A stretch of DNA of 64,000 nucleotides. It comes from a virus (lineage: Duplodnaviria; Caudoviricetes). Location of the stretch: positions 4,355 through 68,354 of IMG/VR virus record IMGVR_UViG_3300037461_001731; one strand, 5' to 3'. Shown here piece by piece: positions 1-8,678 of the stretch; positions within the stretch are counted from its first letter, which is position 1; the number at the start of each line of letters is the position of its first letter. The notes under the pieces are model-generated. The model was given only the letters and a program-made list of their open reading frames with translations. It was not told the DNA's origin and did no database searches. Position numbers and translations under genes: made by a program.

Positions 1-1
1 T

Positions 2-1621
2 TATAATGATATAAAAAAAGGTATAAAAATTAAAGAAACGGAAGCTCTTATTTCTGGAAAGTTAAAGAGTTCTTTGTATAAAGATCAGTTGGTGGGAATA
101 TCCTACTTATTGTGTAAGGAAAAGGTCGGGTTGTTTGATAGTATGGGTTTAGGGAAAACGTTACAAGCTTTAGCTACAATAGTTGCTTTAGGGGGTAAGG
201 TTAAAAAAACATTGGTAGTTTGTCCTAAATCGGTAATTTATGGTTTTTTAGAAGAGGTAAAAAAGCATACTAGTTTAAATGCAATTTGTGTTCCATCTGG
301 AAGAGATAATGGTTATAAATTTTTAGTTAAAGAAAAGGATTTGAATTGGGATATTCTTATAATAAATCCTGAAAATTTAGTTAATTCTGAAAAAAGGGGT
401 AATGAAAAAGGGTCTTTAAAAGGTAAAAAAAATACAAATATTTTTAGTAAAATTTTGCCAGAACTTATAAAGATCAATTTTGATATGGTTATAGTCGATG
501 AGTGGCATCAATACAAAAATTTAGACACTAAAAGAACAAAGTGTATATTGCATTTATTTAATGAATTAGAGAAAGTTCATAAAAAAGTTTTAAAAGTTAT
601 TTTAATGACTGGTACGCATATTTCTGAATCTCCGCTAAATGCTTATAGTACGCTAAGTGTTTTATCTAGTAGTCATTTGCCAAATGTTGATTGGTTTGAA
701 AATTATTTTGTTGTAAAAAAACAATTTGAAAAATTTAGGTTTCTTAAAGATGGAAAAACGGGTAGAATAAATAAGTACCCTTATAAGTATGAAAAAATTG
801 TAGGGTATAAAAATTTGTCTGAGTTAAAAAGGAGAATAGAAAGGTGCTCTATAAGGAGAACTAAAGAAGATATGGAGGGGTTTCCGGATAAGATTTTTAT
901 AACCAGAAAGCTAGAATTATTTGGGAAACAAAAAGAGTTGTATAAGGTAGCAGGGAAGATAGCAGTTGATGGGTTTCAAAAAGATGTTAACTCAAATGTT
1001 AATGATTTTTTCTTATCAGGATCTGGTATGAGGTTGAGAAAATTGTTGAATCATCCTTCTTTTTTAGAAGAACAAGGGGATTCGGTTAAGTATTTAGAGC
1101 TAGATAATATTTTAGAGGAAATTTTTTCTGATAAAGAGCAGAAGGTGGTTATCTGGACTGAGTTTAGGCACGCCGTTGACTTGATTTATGATCGGTGGAA
1201 TGAGCAGTATGGTGTGATAAAGTTGTATGGCGGGGTGGATATTAATGATGACTTGGTAAAAAAATTTGAAAATGATGAAGTACCAAGAATTATTGCCGCT
1301 ATTCCAGCTAAAGCTGGTACTGGAGTTGATTTTTTAGCTCGTGCTAGAACAGCAATTTATATAGACAGACCATATTCTTTAACTAATTATCGGCAATCTA
1401 TGGATAGAATTTACAGACGTGTTGCTAAGGAGAATTTAACAAGATTAGATAAGATCAAAAGTCAACCTGCTGTAATTATGTTTTTGGATGTTGCAGATTC
1501 CGTTGATGAATTTATTGCGGATAGGATATACGAAAAAAGTAATGTTTCTGATGCTATTTCTATAAGTAATGATAAGCTTATAAAAATCGGTAGGTCGGAT
1601 TTACTGAGATATTTAAAGTAG
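2..1621 (+). CDS. SNF2-family (SF2) helicase, 5'-truncated by the window edge
   Basis: Motif I DSMGLGKT, motif II DEWH, motif III MTGT, C-terminal helicase motifs (GTGVDF, QSMDRIYR). The frame is open back to base 2, so the track start at 74 is not the true start. Confidence 0.88.
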   Translation, partial: YNDIKKGIKIKETEALISGKLKSSLYKDQLVGISYLLCKEKVGLFDSMGLGKTLQALATIVALGGKVKKTLVVCPKSVIYGFLEEVKKHTSLNAICVPSGRDNGYKFLVKEKDLNWDILIINPENLVNSEKRGNEKGSLKGKKNTNIFSKILPELIKINFDMVIVDEWHQYKNLDTKRTKCILHLFNELEKVHKKVLKVILMTGTHISESPLNAYSTLSVLSSSHLPNVDWFENYFVVKKQFEKFRFLKDGKTGRINKYPYKYEKIVGYKNLSELKRRIERCSIRRTKEDMEGFPDKIFITRKLELFGKQKELYKVAGKIAVDGFQKDVNSNVNDFFLSGSGMRLRKLLNHPSFLEEQGDSVKYLELDNILEEIFSDKEQKVVIWTEFRHAVDLIYDRWNEQYGVIKLYGGVDINDDLVKKFENDEVPRIIAAIPAKAGTGVDFLARARTAIYIDRPYSLTNYRQSMDRIYRRVAKENLTRLDKIKSQPAVIMFLDVADSVDEFIADRIYEKSNVSDAISISNDKLIKIGRSDLLRYLK

Positions 1622-1628
1622 GTGTATT

Positions 1629-2726
1629 ATGAATTTAAAATTTATGGATAATCAGATAAAAAATGGTGTTAGTCTAAAAAAAGAGTTAGATTATAAACAA
1701 AAATTTTATAATTTAAAACAACATTTTATAAATTTTTCTAGAATTTTTTGGTCTTATAGCGGGTATACCAATACTACAATTTCTTGGAAACCTTGGCACG
1801 ATTGCGCTAGTTGTATTAAGAGTTTTGATTATTCATATAAAAAATTAGAGAAACTTTTAGATTTTTTGGAAAACAGTGATGGAATGACTCTTCGTAATTA
1901 TTCTATAATTTGTTTACCAATAAAGCCAATAGATAGCTATAAAAATCCTCTAAAATTGTATAATGACAGAAATCATTTTTCTTGGGCAAGAAAATTATAT
2001 GAATCTTGTGAGGATAAGACACTTTTTTTAGATTTTGTTAATATTCTTTATAATTTTTTGTTACTTCAAGTTGAAACTTATGGCAAATTTAGTATTACAG
2101 CTAAAGAAGTTGTCAGAAAGCAAGATACTGGTTATTATTTTGATGCTTATTGCGGGTTATTGGATAGAATTTTGGACATTAAAAGCAAAGGATTAGATCC
2201 TGAAGATTGGCTATCATTAAAATTTAATAATTGTGTAAATTTTTTAAAGGATAAGGATAGTATAGTAAGAATACGAACTCTTATAAACAATAATGGGCTT
2301 GAGCCTTCTTATGAGCTTTTAAGAGCTAGGACTACTGATCTTTGGCGGGATGTTAGGCAGTTTCTTGGGTTGTCCTATAGTTGCACCTTTCCAGATGGTT
2401 ATATCCCTAAAGGGTGGTGTGTTGATTCAATGGACAAGTCTAATTTAGACAAAGTAGTGAAAATAACAGGGGATGGTTACTACTATAAGTTAGACGGGTC
2501 GCAACGACGCGGTAGACGACATTATTCAGGTAATAGTTATTTTGTTATTAAGTGTACTCCAGAGAACTTTGGAGCATTTAGGGCAACTTGGCACGATCCT
2601 AATTTGTATAATTCATCTCCTACGTGGGATGAATATTCAAAATACGGTGCGCATCCTAATTATTGGGATGCTGAGGGTATTGGAATAAATGGTATGTTAA
2701 AACCTGTACGTTGGAGGGCGGCTTGA
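1629..2726 (+). CDS. hypothetical protein in replication operon
   Basis: 365-aa ORF tightly coupled to neighbours; no family recognised. Confidence 0.6.
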   Translation: MNLKFMDNQIKNGVSLKKELDYKQKFYNLKQHFINFSRIFWSYSGYTNTTISWKPWHDCASCIKSFDYSYKKLEKLLDFLENSDGMTLRNYSIICLPIKPIDSYKNPLKLYNDRNHFSWARKLYESCEDKTLFLDFVNILYNFLLLQVETYGKFSITAKEVVRKQDTGYYFDAYCGLLDRILDIKSKGLDPEDWLSLKFNNCVNFLKDKDSIVRIRTLINNNGLEPSYELLRARTTDLWRDVRQFLGLSYSCTFPDGYIPKGWCVDSMDKSNLDKVVKITGDGYYYKLDGSQRRGRRHYSGNSYFVIKCTPENFGAFRATWHDPNLYNSSPTWDEYSKYGAHPNYWDAEGIGINGMLKPVRWRAA

Positions 2727-3412
2727 CTAAAAATAACGAAATGGTTTTGGTTTTTGAGGAAAATCTTTTATACGGCTTTAGTGGTCTATTGGGTGGAGAT
2801 TATCCTAATTCTATAGAATTAGGCGGGATTTCTTATACTCAATCTGATTTACTTTGGCTAAAGGAGTGTATAAAGCAATCTTACTTTATGCCCCGTGGTT
2901 TAGTGGAAGATGATCCTAAGTATAAGCAAATAATTCCTTATATTATTATAACCTGCAAGGAGTTTTATTTAACGTATCAGCGTATTGGGTCTGAGTCTAG
3001 GTTATATAACAATATTTCTATTGGTATTGGCGGGCATATTAATTACGAAGACTATTATGTTCCTAGTACTTCTTATAAAAATATGGATAAATTGCAAATT
3101 ATTAACAATTGTGCAAAAAGAGAATTTTCTGAGGAATTAGATTTATCTAACTCTGTTTCTGATTTTTTACATAGAAAAACTTTTAGTTTGAATAACCCTG
3201 TTGCCGTGTTATATAAGAGTAATGGTGAGAATAATGTTAATAGGGTGCATTTTGGAGTGGTTTATAAAATTCCTGTAACAGAGGAAGAATCTGTGCTAAT
3301 AAAGTTGAAGAGTGAAGGAAAAAACCTTGACTGGATGACGTCAGATGAGTTATTATTATTGGGTGATAGGCTAGAAGATTGGTCTAGATTGATTATTTGT
3401 GAAAAATGCTAG
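2711..3412 (+). CDS. NUDIX-family phosphoesterase (YmaB-like)
   Basis: EDDPKYKQIIPY, IGIGGHIN, REFSEEL Nudix-like box, VHFGVVY, LEDWS. Confidence 0.75.
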   Translation: MEGGLTKNNEMVLVFEENLLYGFSGLLGGDYPNSIELGGISYTQSDLLWLKECIKQSYFMPRGLVEDDPKYKQIIPYIIITCKEFYLTYQRIGSESRLYNNISIGIGGHINYEDYYVPSTSYKNMDKLQIINNCAKREFSEELDLSNSVSDFLHRKTFSLNNPVAVLYKSNGENNVNRVHFGVVYKIPVTEEESVLIKLKSEGKNLDWMTSDELLLLGDRLEDWSRLIICEKC

Positions 3413-4149
3413 AAAAAGAAGATTTTTTAAGTAGTTGCAATTTATGCAACAAGTCTGGTTTGAACGAGCACGGAGAAGCGTGCACGTGTTTAACTAAATT
3501 TAGGGTGTATAATAGGCTACTTTCTGGAAATTTTAATTTAAATATTTTAAAATTTGTTGACTCTTTGTCTTATAATTTACCTTTTATTGAAGAAGGAAAA
3601 AATTATTTGGAGTATTTTATAAATAACGCGTTAAAAGTAGATAAAAGCGGAAATAGTTTGTTTATTTACTCTAAGGACCGTGGCAGAGGGAAGACCACTT
3701 TAACTCATTATATATTATTTAATACGATTAGAAATTTTGTAAATCCTGGAAATTATAGATCTTCAAGAAATTATAAGTTTCAGCATATTGAAGATTTTTT
3801 TGAAGAGAATAACAAAAAAGATTATGTTGATTATGCCTATAAAGCAACGTGGTTTGTTTTAGATGATTTGGGTAACGAAGATAAGTCTTCACCTTGGAGA
3901 AGGGAGGCTATGCTTTCTTATCTGCAGAGGATGCTTCACTATAGAAGAAATAACAGATTACCAACTATTATAACGAGTAACTATGATCCGGAGGGGATAT
4001 CAATGCTTTATGAGAGGGAGTTGGATTCCTTGTTAGAGATAAAATCTGATTATACGTTAGGTGGTTTATTATTTAGATCTATAAAAGTTGGTGGTCCAGA
4101 AGATTTGAGATTAATTGATGTCGAAGACGTGTGGGAGGATTTATGTTAA
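3406..4149 (+). CDS. DnaC/IstB-like AAA+ ATPase (helicase loader)
   Basis: N-terminal CxxC...CxC, Walker A GRGKTT, Walker B VLDDLG, PTIITSN. Confidence 0.8.
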   Translation: MLEKEDFLSSCNLCNKSGLNEHGEACTCLTKFRVYNRLLSGNFNLNILKFVDSLSYNLPFIEEGKNYLEYFINNALKVDKSGNSLFIYSKDRGRGKTTLTHYILFNTIRNFVNPGNYRSSRNYKFQHIEDFFEENNKKDYVDYAYKATWFVLDDLGNEDKSSPWRREAMLSYLQRMLHYRRNNRLPTIITSNYDPEGISMLYERELDSLLEIKSDYTLGGLLFRSIKVGGPEDLRLIDVEDVWEDLC

Positions 4150-4532
4150 TTCCTTATATTTGTCATCCTTATACAAGTGACCCTGATGGGAATAAAGAGA
4201 GAGCTAAAAAGAAAATAGTTGAGATATACACTAAAACGAGGGAAAAATATAAAGATTCCTTTGAAGGCGAGTGTTATTGGGCTTTTGATCAGTTTTCGGA
4301 TTTAGTCTTTGGGTTTTGTCCTCTTTTGGCTATTCCAGATTCGCTCGACCAAGATAAATTGTCTAGGGACGAGACCTTGTTGATTTGTATGGGTATTATG
4401 AGTAGGTGCGATGAGGTTTGGGTATGCTCTAGAACTTTATCAGATGGTATGATCGCTGAGTTAAAGTTGGCTCAAATTTTGGGTAAGAAAATTTGTTATT
4501 ATGTTGATTTTGATTTTGAAAAATCTGTATGA
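4131..4532 (+). CDS. DUF4406-like / nucleoside deoxyribosyltransferase-like protein (probable start ATG 4143)
   Basis: YICHPY, RCDEVWV, SDGMIAELKLA pattern. Confidence 0.6.
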   Translation: MGGFMLIPYICHPYTSDPDGNKERAKKKIVEIYTKTREKYKDSFEGECYWAFDQFSDLVFGFCPLLAIPDSLDQDKLSRDETLLICMGIMSRCDEVWVCSRTLSDGMIAELKLAQILGKKICYYVDFDFEKSV

Positions 4533-5866
4533 AATTAGATGTTAAAATAGAGACGGAATTTTTAGCTGCTGTTGTGCAAGATTCTAAGTTGTTGACATTA
4601 GATATCTTGAATAATGTTGATGATGGTTATTTTTCTGTCGATTCGTATAAGTGGTTCGTAAAGAAATTAAAAGAGAGATCTTGGCGAATAATCGCGGTTG
4701 ATTTTTTAGATCAATTATTGTTAGAGGATTTTGACGATAGCGAAAAAATAAATTTATATAAAGGTCAGTTATGCCATTTATATGTTAGGGATTTGTCATA
4801 TGTAGAAGACGCTGAAAAAAAATTCAAAACATTTATTGCGTATTCTATTATAAAAGCTTCAACGAAGGAGATTGTGGAGAAGTTTGAGAGAACTAATAGA
4901 ATAGATTATATGTTAAAAGAGTTTTCTGATGCAGTTGATCGGTCCAAGTGTATTATCCAAGATAATGTTTATGCGTCTATTGATTACGCCGAAGATTATG
5001 AAGAGCGTCAAGCCAGAAGACGGCAAGAAAGAGATAACCCTGCGCTAAATCCTGTATTTTTAACAGGAATTAGCGGATTGGATTCTCAATTTAAAATTAA
5101 GGCACCTATGATTGTTGACTTTTTTGCGCCATTTAAACGCTATAAAAGCATATTTTTAAACGCCATGGGGTTTTCTGGATTGTTGCAAGGGTTTAATGTG
5201 TTACATGTGGTGTATGAGAATGATATTCCAACTACAGTAAATCGATATGATTCATTATTTTCGCAAATATCATGTGATCGAATAGCATCATTTTTTATTT
5301 CTCAAGAAGAAAAAGAGAAAATGGATGGACTATTTTGTTGGTTAAACTCATGGCCCGCTCGGCTAAAAATTTTTAAAGTGCAGCCTACACAAACTACAAT
5401 TCCAGATATTGAGGGTTATATAGATAATTTAAGGGCGAAAGAGGGTTTTAAGCCTGACATCGTTATTATAGACTATTTGAATATTATAGGTCCTTCCAAA
5501 TACGATAAGGAAGAAAGGTTAAGACAAGCTCGTGTTGTTTGGGATATTAAACATTTGGCTGATACCTATAATGTGCCAGTTATAACAGCGTCTCAAGCTA
5601 CTCGGGAAGCCGCACAAGCAGAACGACTAGAAATGAAGCATCGTGGAAAATCTGTAGATATTTCTCAAGGAATAAATATGTCTATTGCTATAAATCAGAC
5701 AGAAGAGGAAAGAAAAGAAGGTTTAATCGTTTTGTGTCCTTTATTTTCTAGAGATTTTGAGATAAAAACTTCAGAAATTGTAATTGAAGCAGATTTGAAC
5801 AAAATGTTAGTGAGTAAAGATTTGTTAAATTTATGGAATAATGCAAGAAATTACAATAGATTTTAA
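4529..5866 (+). CDS. dnaB: DnaB-like replicative helicase
   Basis: Atypical Walker A APFKRYKS, Walker B IVIIDYL, TASQ motif; lies between loader and primase. Confidence 0.75.
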   Translation: MKLDVKIETEFLAAVVQDSKLLTLDILNNVDDGYFSVDSYKWFVKKLKERSWRIIAVDFLDQLLLEDFDDSEKINLYKGQLCHLYVRDLSYVEDAEKKFKTFIAYSIIKASTKEIVEKFERTNRIDYMLKEFSDAVDRSKCIIQDNVYASIDYAEDYEERQARRRQERDNPALNPVFLTGISGLDSQFKIKAPMIVDFFAPFKRYKSIFLNAMGFSGLLQGFNVLHVVYENDIPTTVNRYDSLFSQISCDRIASFFISQEEKEKMDGLFCWLNSWPARLKIFKVQPTQTTIPDIEGYIDNLRAKEGFKPDIVIIDYLNIIGPSKYDKEERLRQARVVWDIKHLADTYNVPVITASQATREAAQAERLEMKHRGKSVDISQGINMSIAINQTEEERKEGLIVLCPLFSRDFEIKTSEIVIEADLNKMLVSKDLLNLWNNARNYNRF

Positions 5867-5868
5867 AC

Positions 5869-6813
5869 ATGATGGATAAAACAAGCTATATTTTGAAGAA
5901 ATTTCCGAATAAAACTCCGAATAGCAGCGGTACAATACACACAATTTGCCCATTTCACAACGATTATACTCCATCTTTTTCTATAAATGTTTATTCTGGA
6001 TTGTTTATTTGCGGAAGTGTTTCTTGCGGAGTTCGTGGTAGTTTTCCTTATTTTTATAAATTAATGGAAAAGATAGAAAGTTGGAAGGATGTTTTTAAAG
6101 ATTTAAAAGGTATTACAACAAATTTTGAATTTGAAGATATTTTTGAGAAAAGTAAAAAGATTAAAAAAGATATTATAAATGATTTTCCTTCTAATGAATT
6201 TTTGGAAGATTTAGCGGAAGTTGATTATCTTATAAAAAGGAAGCTTGGAAAAGATATTGTTGAAATGTTTGGTTTGAAGTATGGTTTGAGGGGTTTTTGT
6301 GGCGGAATTTCTATAAAAAATTCAATAGTAATTCCTGTTTGGGACATAGATAATAAGTATAAGACATTTCAAGTGCGTTATTTAACAGACGATCATAAGA
6401 AAAGGTGGAAGAATCCTGTTGGAAGCCCAATTCAGTCTATGTTATACGGAGGTTGGCTTATTTCTAGCTATTCAAAATATCTATGGGTTGTTGAAGGTGC
6501 TTCCGATGTGTGGAATATGTTTAACTTGGGGGAGCAGGCAGTTGGGCTAAATACGAAGGAGCCCTCGGCAAGTCAATTGAATAAAATAAAAGTTTTATGT
6601 GATTTTTATAATTTGATTCCAATAATTTGTCTAGATGGGGATGCCTCAAAGGCTTTAAAAGTTAAAGGTCTTTCATTTTCTCAGTATTTATTTAATGAAT
6701 TGTCTGCTTTTGGTTTGGATTGTAAGATTGTTGATTTAGACTATGACGAAGATCCTGGAGGTTTATCTTTAGAAAGATTAATTTTTTTGAAAAAAGGTAT
6801 TGACTTAATTTAA
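5869..6813 (+). CDS. dnaG: DNA primase (CHC2 zinc finger + TOPRIM)
   Basis: CPFHNDYTPSF...C zinc finger, VVEGASDV, LDGD, EDPG. Confidence 0.85.
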   Translation: MMDKTSYILKKFPNKTPNSSGTIHTICPFHNDYTPSFSINVYSGLFICGSVSCGVRGSFPYFYKLMEKIESWKDVFKDLKGITTNFEFEDIFEKSKKIKKDIINDFPSNEFLEDLAEVDYLIKRKLGKDIVEMFGLKYGLRGFCGGISIKNSIVIPVWDIDNKYKTFQVRYLTDDHKKRWKNPVGSPIQSMLYGGWLISSYSKYLWVVEGASDVWNMFNLGEQAVGLNTKEPSASQLNKIKVLCDFYNLIPIICLDGDASKALKVKGLSFSQYLFNELSAFGLDCKIVDLDYDEDPGGLSLERLIFLKKGIDLI

Positions 6814-6828
6814 CAATTATTGTACAAT
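6800..6828 (+). promoter_or_regulatory. sigma70-type promoter
   Basis: TTGACT-17 bp-TACAAT upstream of the clamp gene. Confidence 0.6.
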
Positions 6829-6847
6829 ATAAAATGTTGGAGGGTTT

Positions 6848-7951
6848 ATGATATTTTTTTCTATTAGTTATGATATTTTGTCCACATTTTCTAAAAATGT
6901 AGAGAGATTTACATCAAGTAATAAGTTTATTTATATATTAAATCATTATGGTTTTATTACTTTTTTTGCTTCAGGCGTTGAGTCTTATATTTATTTAAAA
7001 ACTGATATTAAAGCTAATGATGATTTTAACGTTGGTATAGACTCCGATAGATTTCTTTCTTTTTCTAAAAAATTGTATGAAGGCGACATACACTTTACAA
7101 TAAATAGAAATGATCTTGTTTTAAGTAAGGATAATATAAAAATAAGATTTCCAGTTATGAGCCTAAAAACTTATATACCAAAGTTTACAGGGGTACTGGT
7201 AAAAAATAACAAGGAGTGGTTGTTAGATAGCCTTTGCAACAGTTGGTCTGCGCTTCATGATAAGTCAAAAGGTTTGGATAAGAAATTTTATGGAGTTTTG
7301 TTAGAAAATGATGCAAATTTTTGTAAAATTTGTAGGTTTAGTAATTCTGCTATTTATGTTTCAATAAATTCTCCAGTTTTTTCTGAAAACAAAAGGGTTG
7401 CTGTTTCTGATTTGCTGATAAAGTCTGTAAAAGCTATTAGATCTGATATTTCTGATGTTTTTTTATCTGAAAATTCAATAGGTTTTAGCTTAAATAAAGG
7501 GTTATTTATTTGTGCTAATAATGTTAGTGATACTTATCCCGAGAATTATATGCAGCACTTACAGTTGGCAGAAAAGGAGTCATTATTAAGTTATTTAGAA
7601 AATAGATCAAAGTTTTGTTCAAACATATTGTTTAACGCTTTTGATTTGGTTTCGTCGGCTCTTGGTGATCAAGATTTTTGGATTAAAATTAGTGTAGTTG
7701 GCACAGACAAAGATAATTTAAATATTTGGAGAGTTTTTGGTCGGTCTTCAATGGGCATAGAAGCTTTTGAAGATGTGGTATCTGATAGTGGTGGTTCAGT
7801 AGGGTCTTTTTCTGTACATAAACTTTCTGCATTGAAAGCCTTATCTATTTTTAGTGATGTTGTGTATTTATCAGATTTAAGTTATTCATCTGTAGCGTTA
7901 TCAAATGTTGAAGGATCTGAAGTAGTTCTTTTAACAAAAACTAATGTTTAA
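6848..7951 (+). CDS. dnaN: DNA polymerase III beta-type sliding clamp, divergent
   Basis: 367 aa (clamp size), beta-clamp-like pattern (GVLLE, DTYPENY), in a replication cluster with a DnaX-like gene. Confidence 0.6.
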   Translation: MIFFSISYDILSTFSKNVERFTSSNKFIYILNHYGFITFFASGVESYIYLKTDIKANDDFNVGIDSDRFLSFSKKLYEGDIHFTINRNDLVLSKDNIKIRFPVMSLKTYIPKFTGVLVKNNKEWLLDSLCNSWSALHDKSKGLDKKFYGVLLENDANFCKICRFSNSAIYVSINSPVFSENKRVAVSDLLIKSVKAIRSDISDVFLSENSIGFSLNKGLFICANNVSDTYPENYMQHLQLAEKESLLSYLENRSKFCSNILFNAFDLVSSALGDQDFWIKISVVGTDKDNLNIWRVFGRSSMGIEAFEDVVSDSGGSVGSFSVHKLSALKALSIFSDVVYLSDLSYSSVALSNVEGSEVVLLTKTNV

Positions 7952-7965
7952 AAAGGTATTAGAAA

Positions 7966-8349
7966 ATGTCTAATAGAATAAGACCGATTGTTGTTTTTGA
8001 TTTTGACATATTAAAAAAAGCTTTTGAGTATTATGGTTTAGATTATTTTGAGATAGACCGTAAAAAGCTTTTGAACTGGGAATGTTTTTCAAACCCTAGT
8101 TTAGAATTTCATGAATGTAATTATAGGGCGTTACTTCCTGGAAAAAAATCTTGTGAACATTGTAGTAACATAAAAGGTAGACCTTGCGAAATTTCTTGTG
8201 ATTTTCAAGATTTTTGTTTAGCAACTTATTTGTGGAGGTTGGATGTAAAGACAAAAGATGATTTATTAAGCTTTTTAAGTAAGGTTTTGTATGAAAAAGA
8301 CTCTGATTATGTATATTCTAGGATAATTGAATTAATAGCTAATGGTTAG
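7966..8349 (+). CDS. Cys-rich hypothetical protein
   Basis: 127-aa ORF with CxxC and several further Cys. Confidence 0.55.
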   Translation: MSNRIRPIVVFDFDILKKAFEYYGLDYFEIDRKKLLNWECFSNPSLEFHECNYRALLPGKKSCEHCSNIKGRPCEISCDFQDFCLATYLWRLDVKTKDDLLSFLSKVLYEKDSDYVYSRIIELIANG

Positions 8350-8384
8350 CTATTATATTTTGGTTTTTCGTGTAGAAAACTTTA

Positions 8385-8663
8385 GTGGAGATTGTTATGG
8401 ATGATAACAGAAAACTTGTTCATGAAATTAAATTGGGTAATAGTGTGATAAAGATTTACAGAAAAGACAATCCAAAAGAAAATAAGTTTTATTTTGATTG
8501 GCGTCCTTTTAGAGAGTTTACGATGGCTGATGACACGTTGAATAACAGCCCTTATATGCAGCAACGGGATATATGGGATTGCCAAAAACTTTTGATAGAT
8601 TTACAGGCTTGGATTTCGGACCAGCATAGACGTACCAGAAATAAGGAGCCTATTGACGATTAA
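8385..8663 (+). CDS. small protein, possibly PC4-like ssDNA-binding
   Basis: KFYFDWRPF resembles the PC4 YxDIR strand; weak. Confidence 0.35.
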   Translation: MEIVMDDNRKLVHEIKLGNSVIKIYRKDNPKENKFYFDWRPFREFTMADDTLNNSPYMQQRDIWDCQKLLIDLQAWISDQHRRTRNKEPIDD

Positions 8664-8678
8664 CTAACGGAGGTTCCT

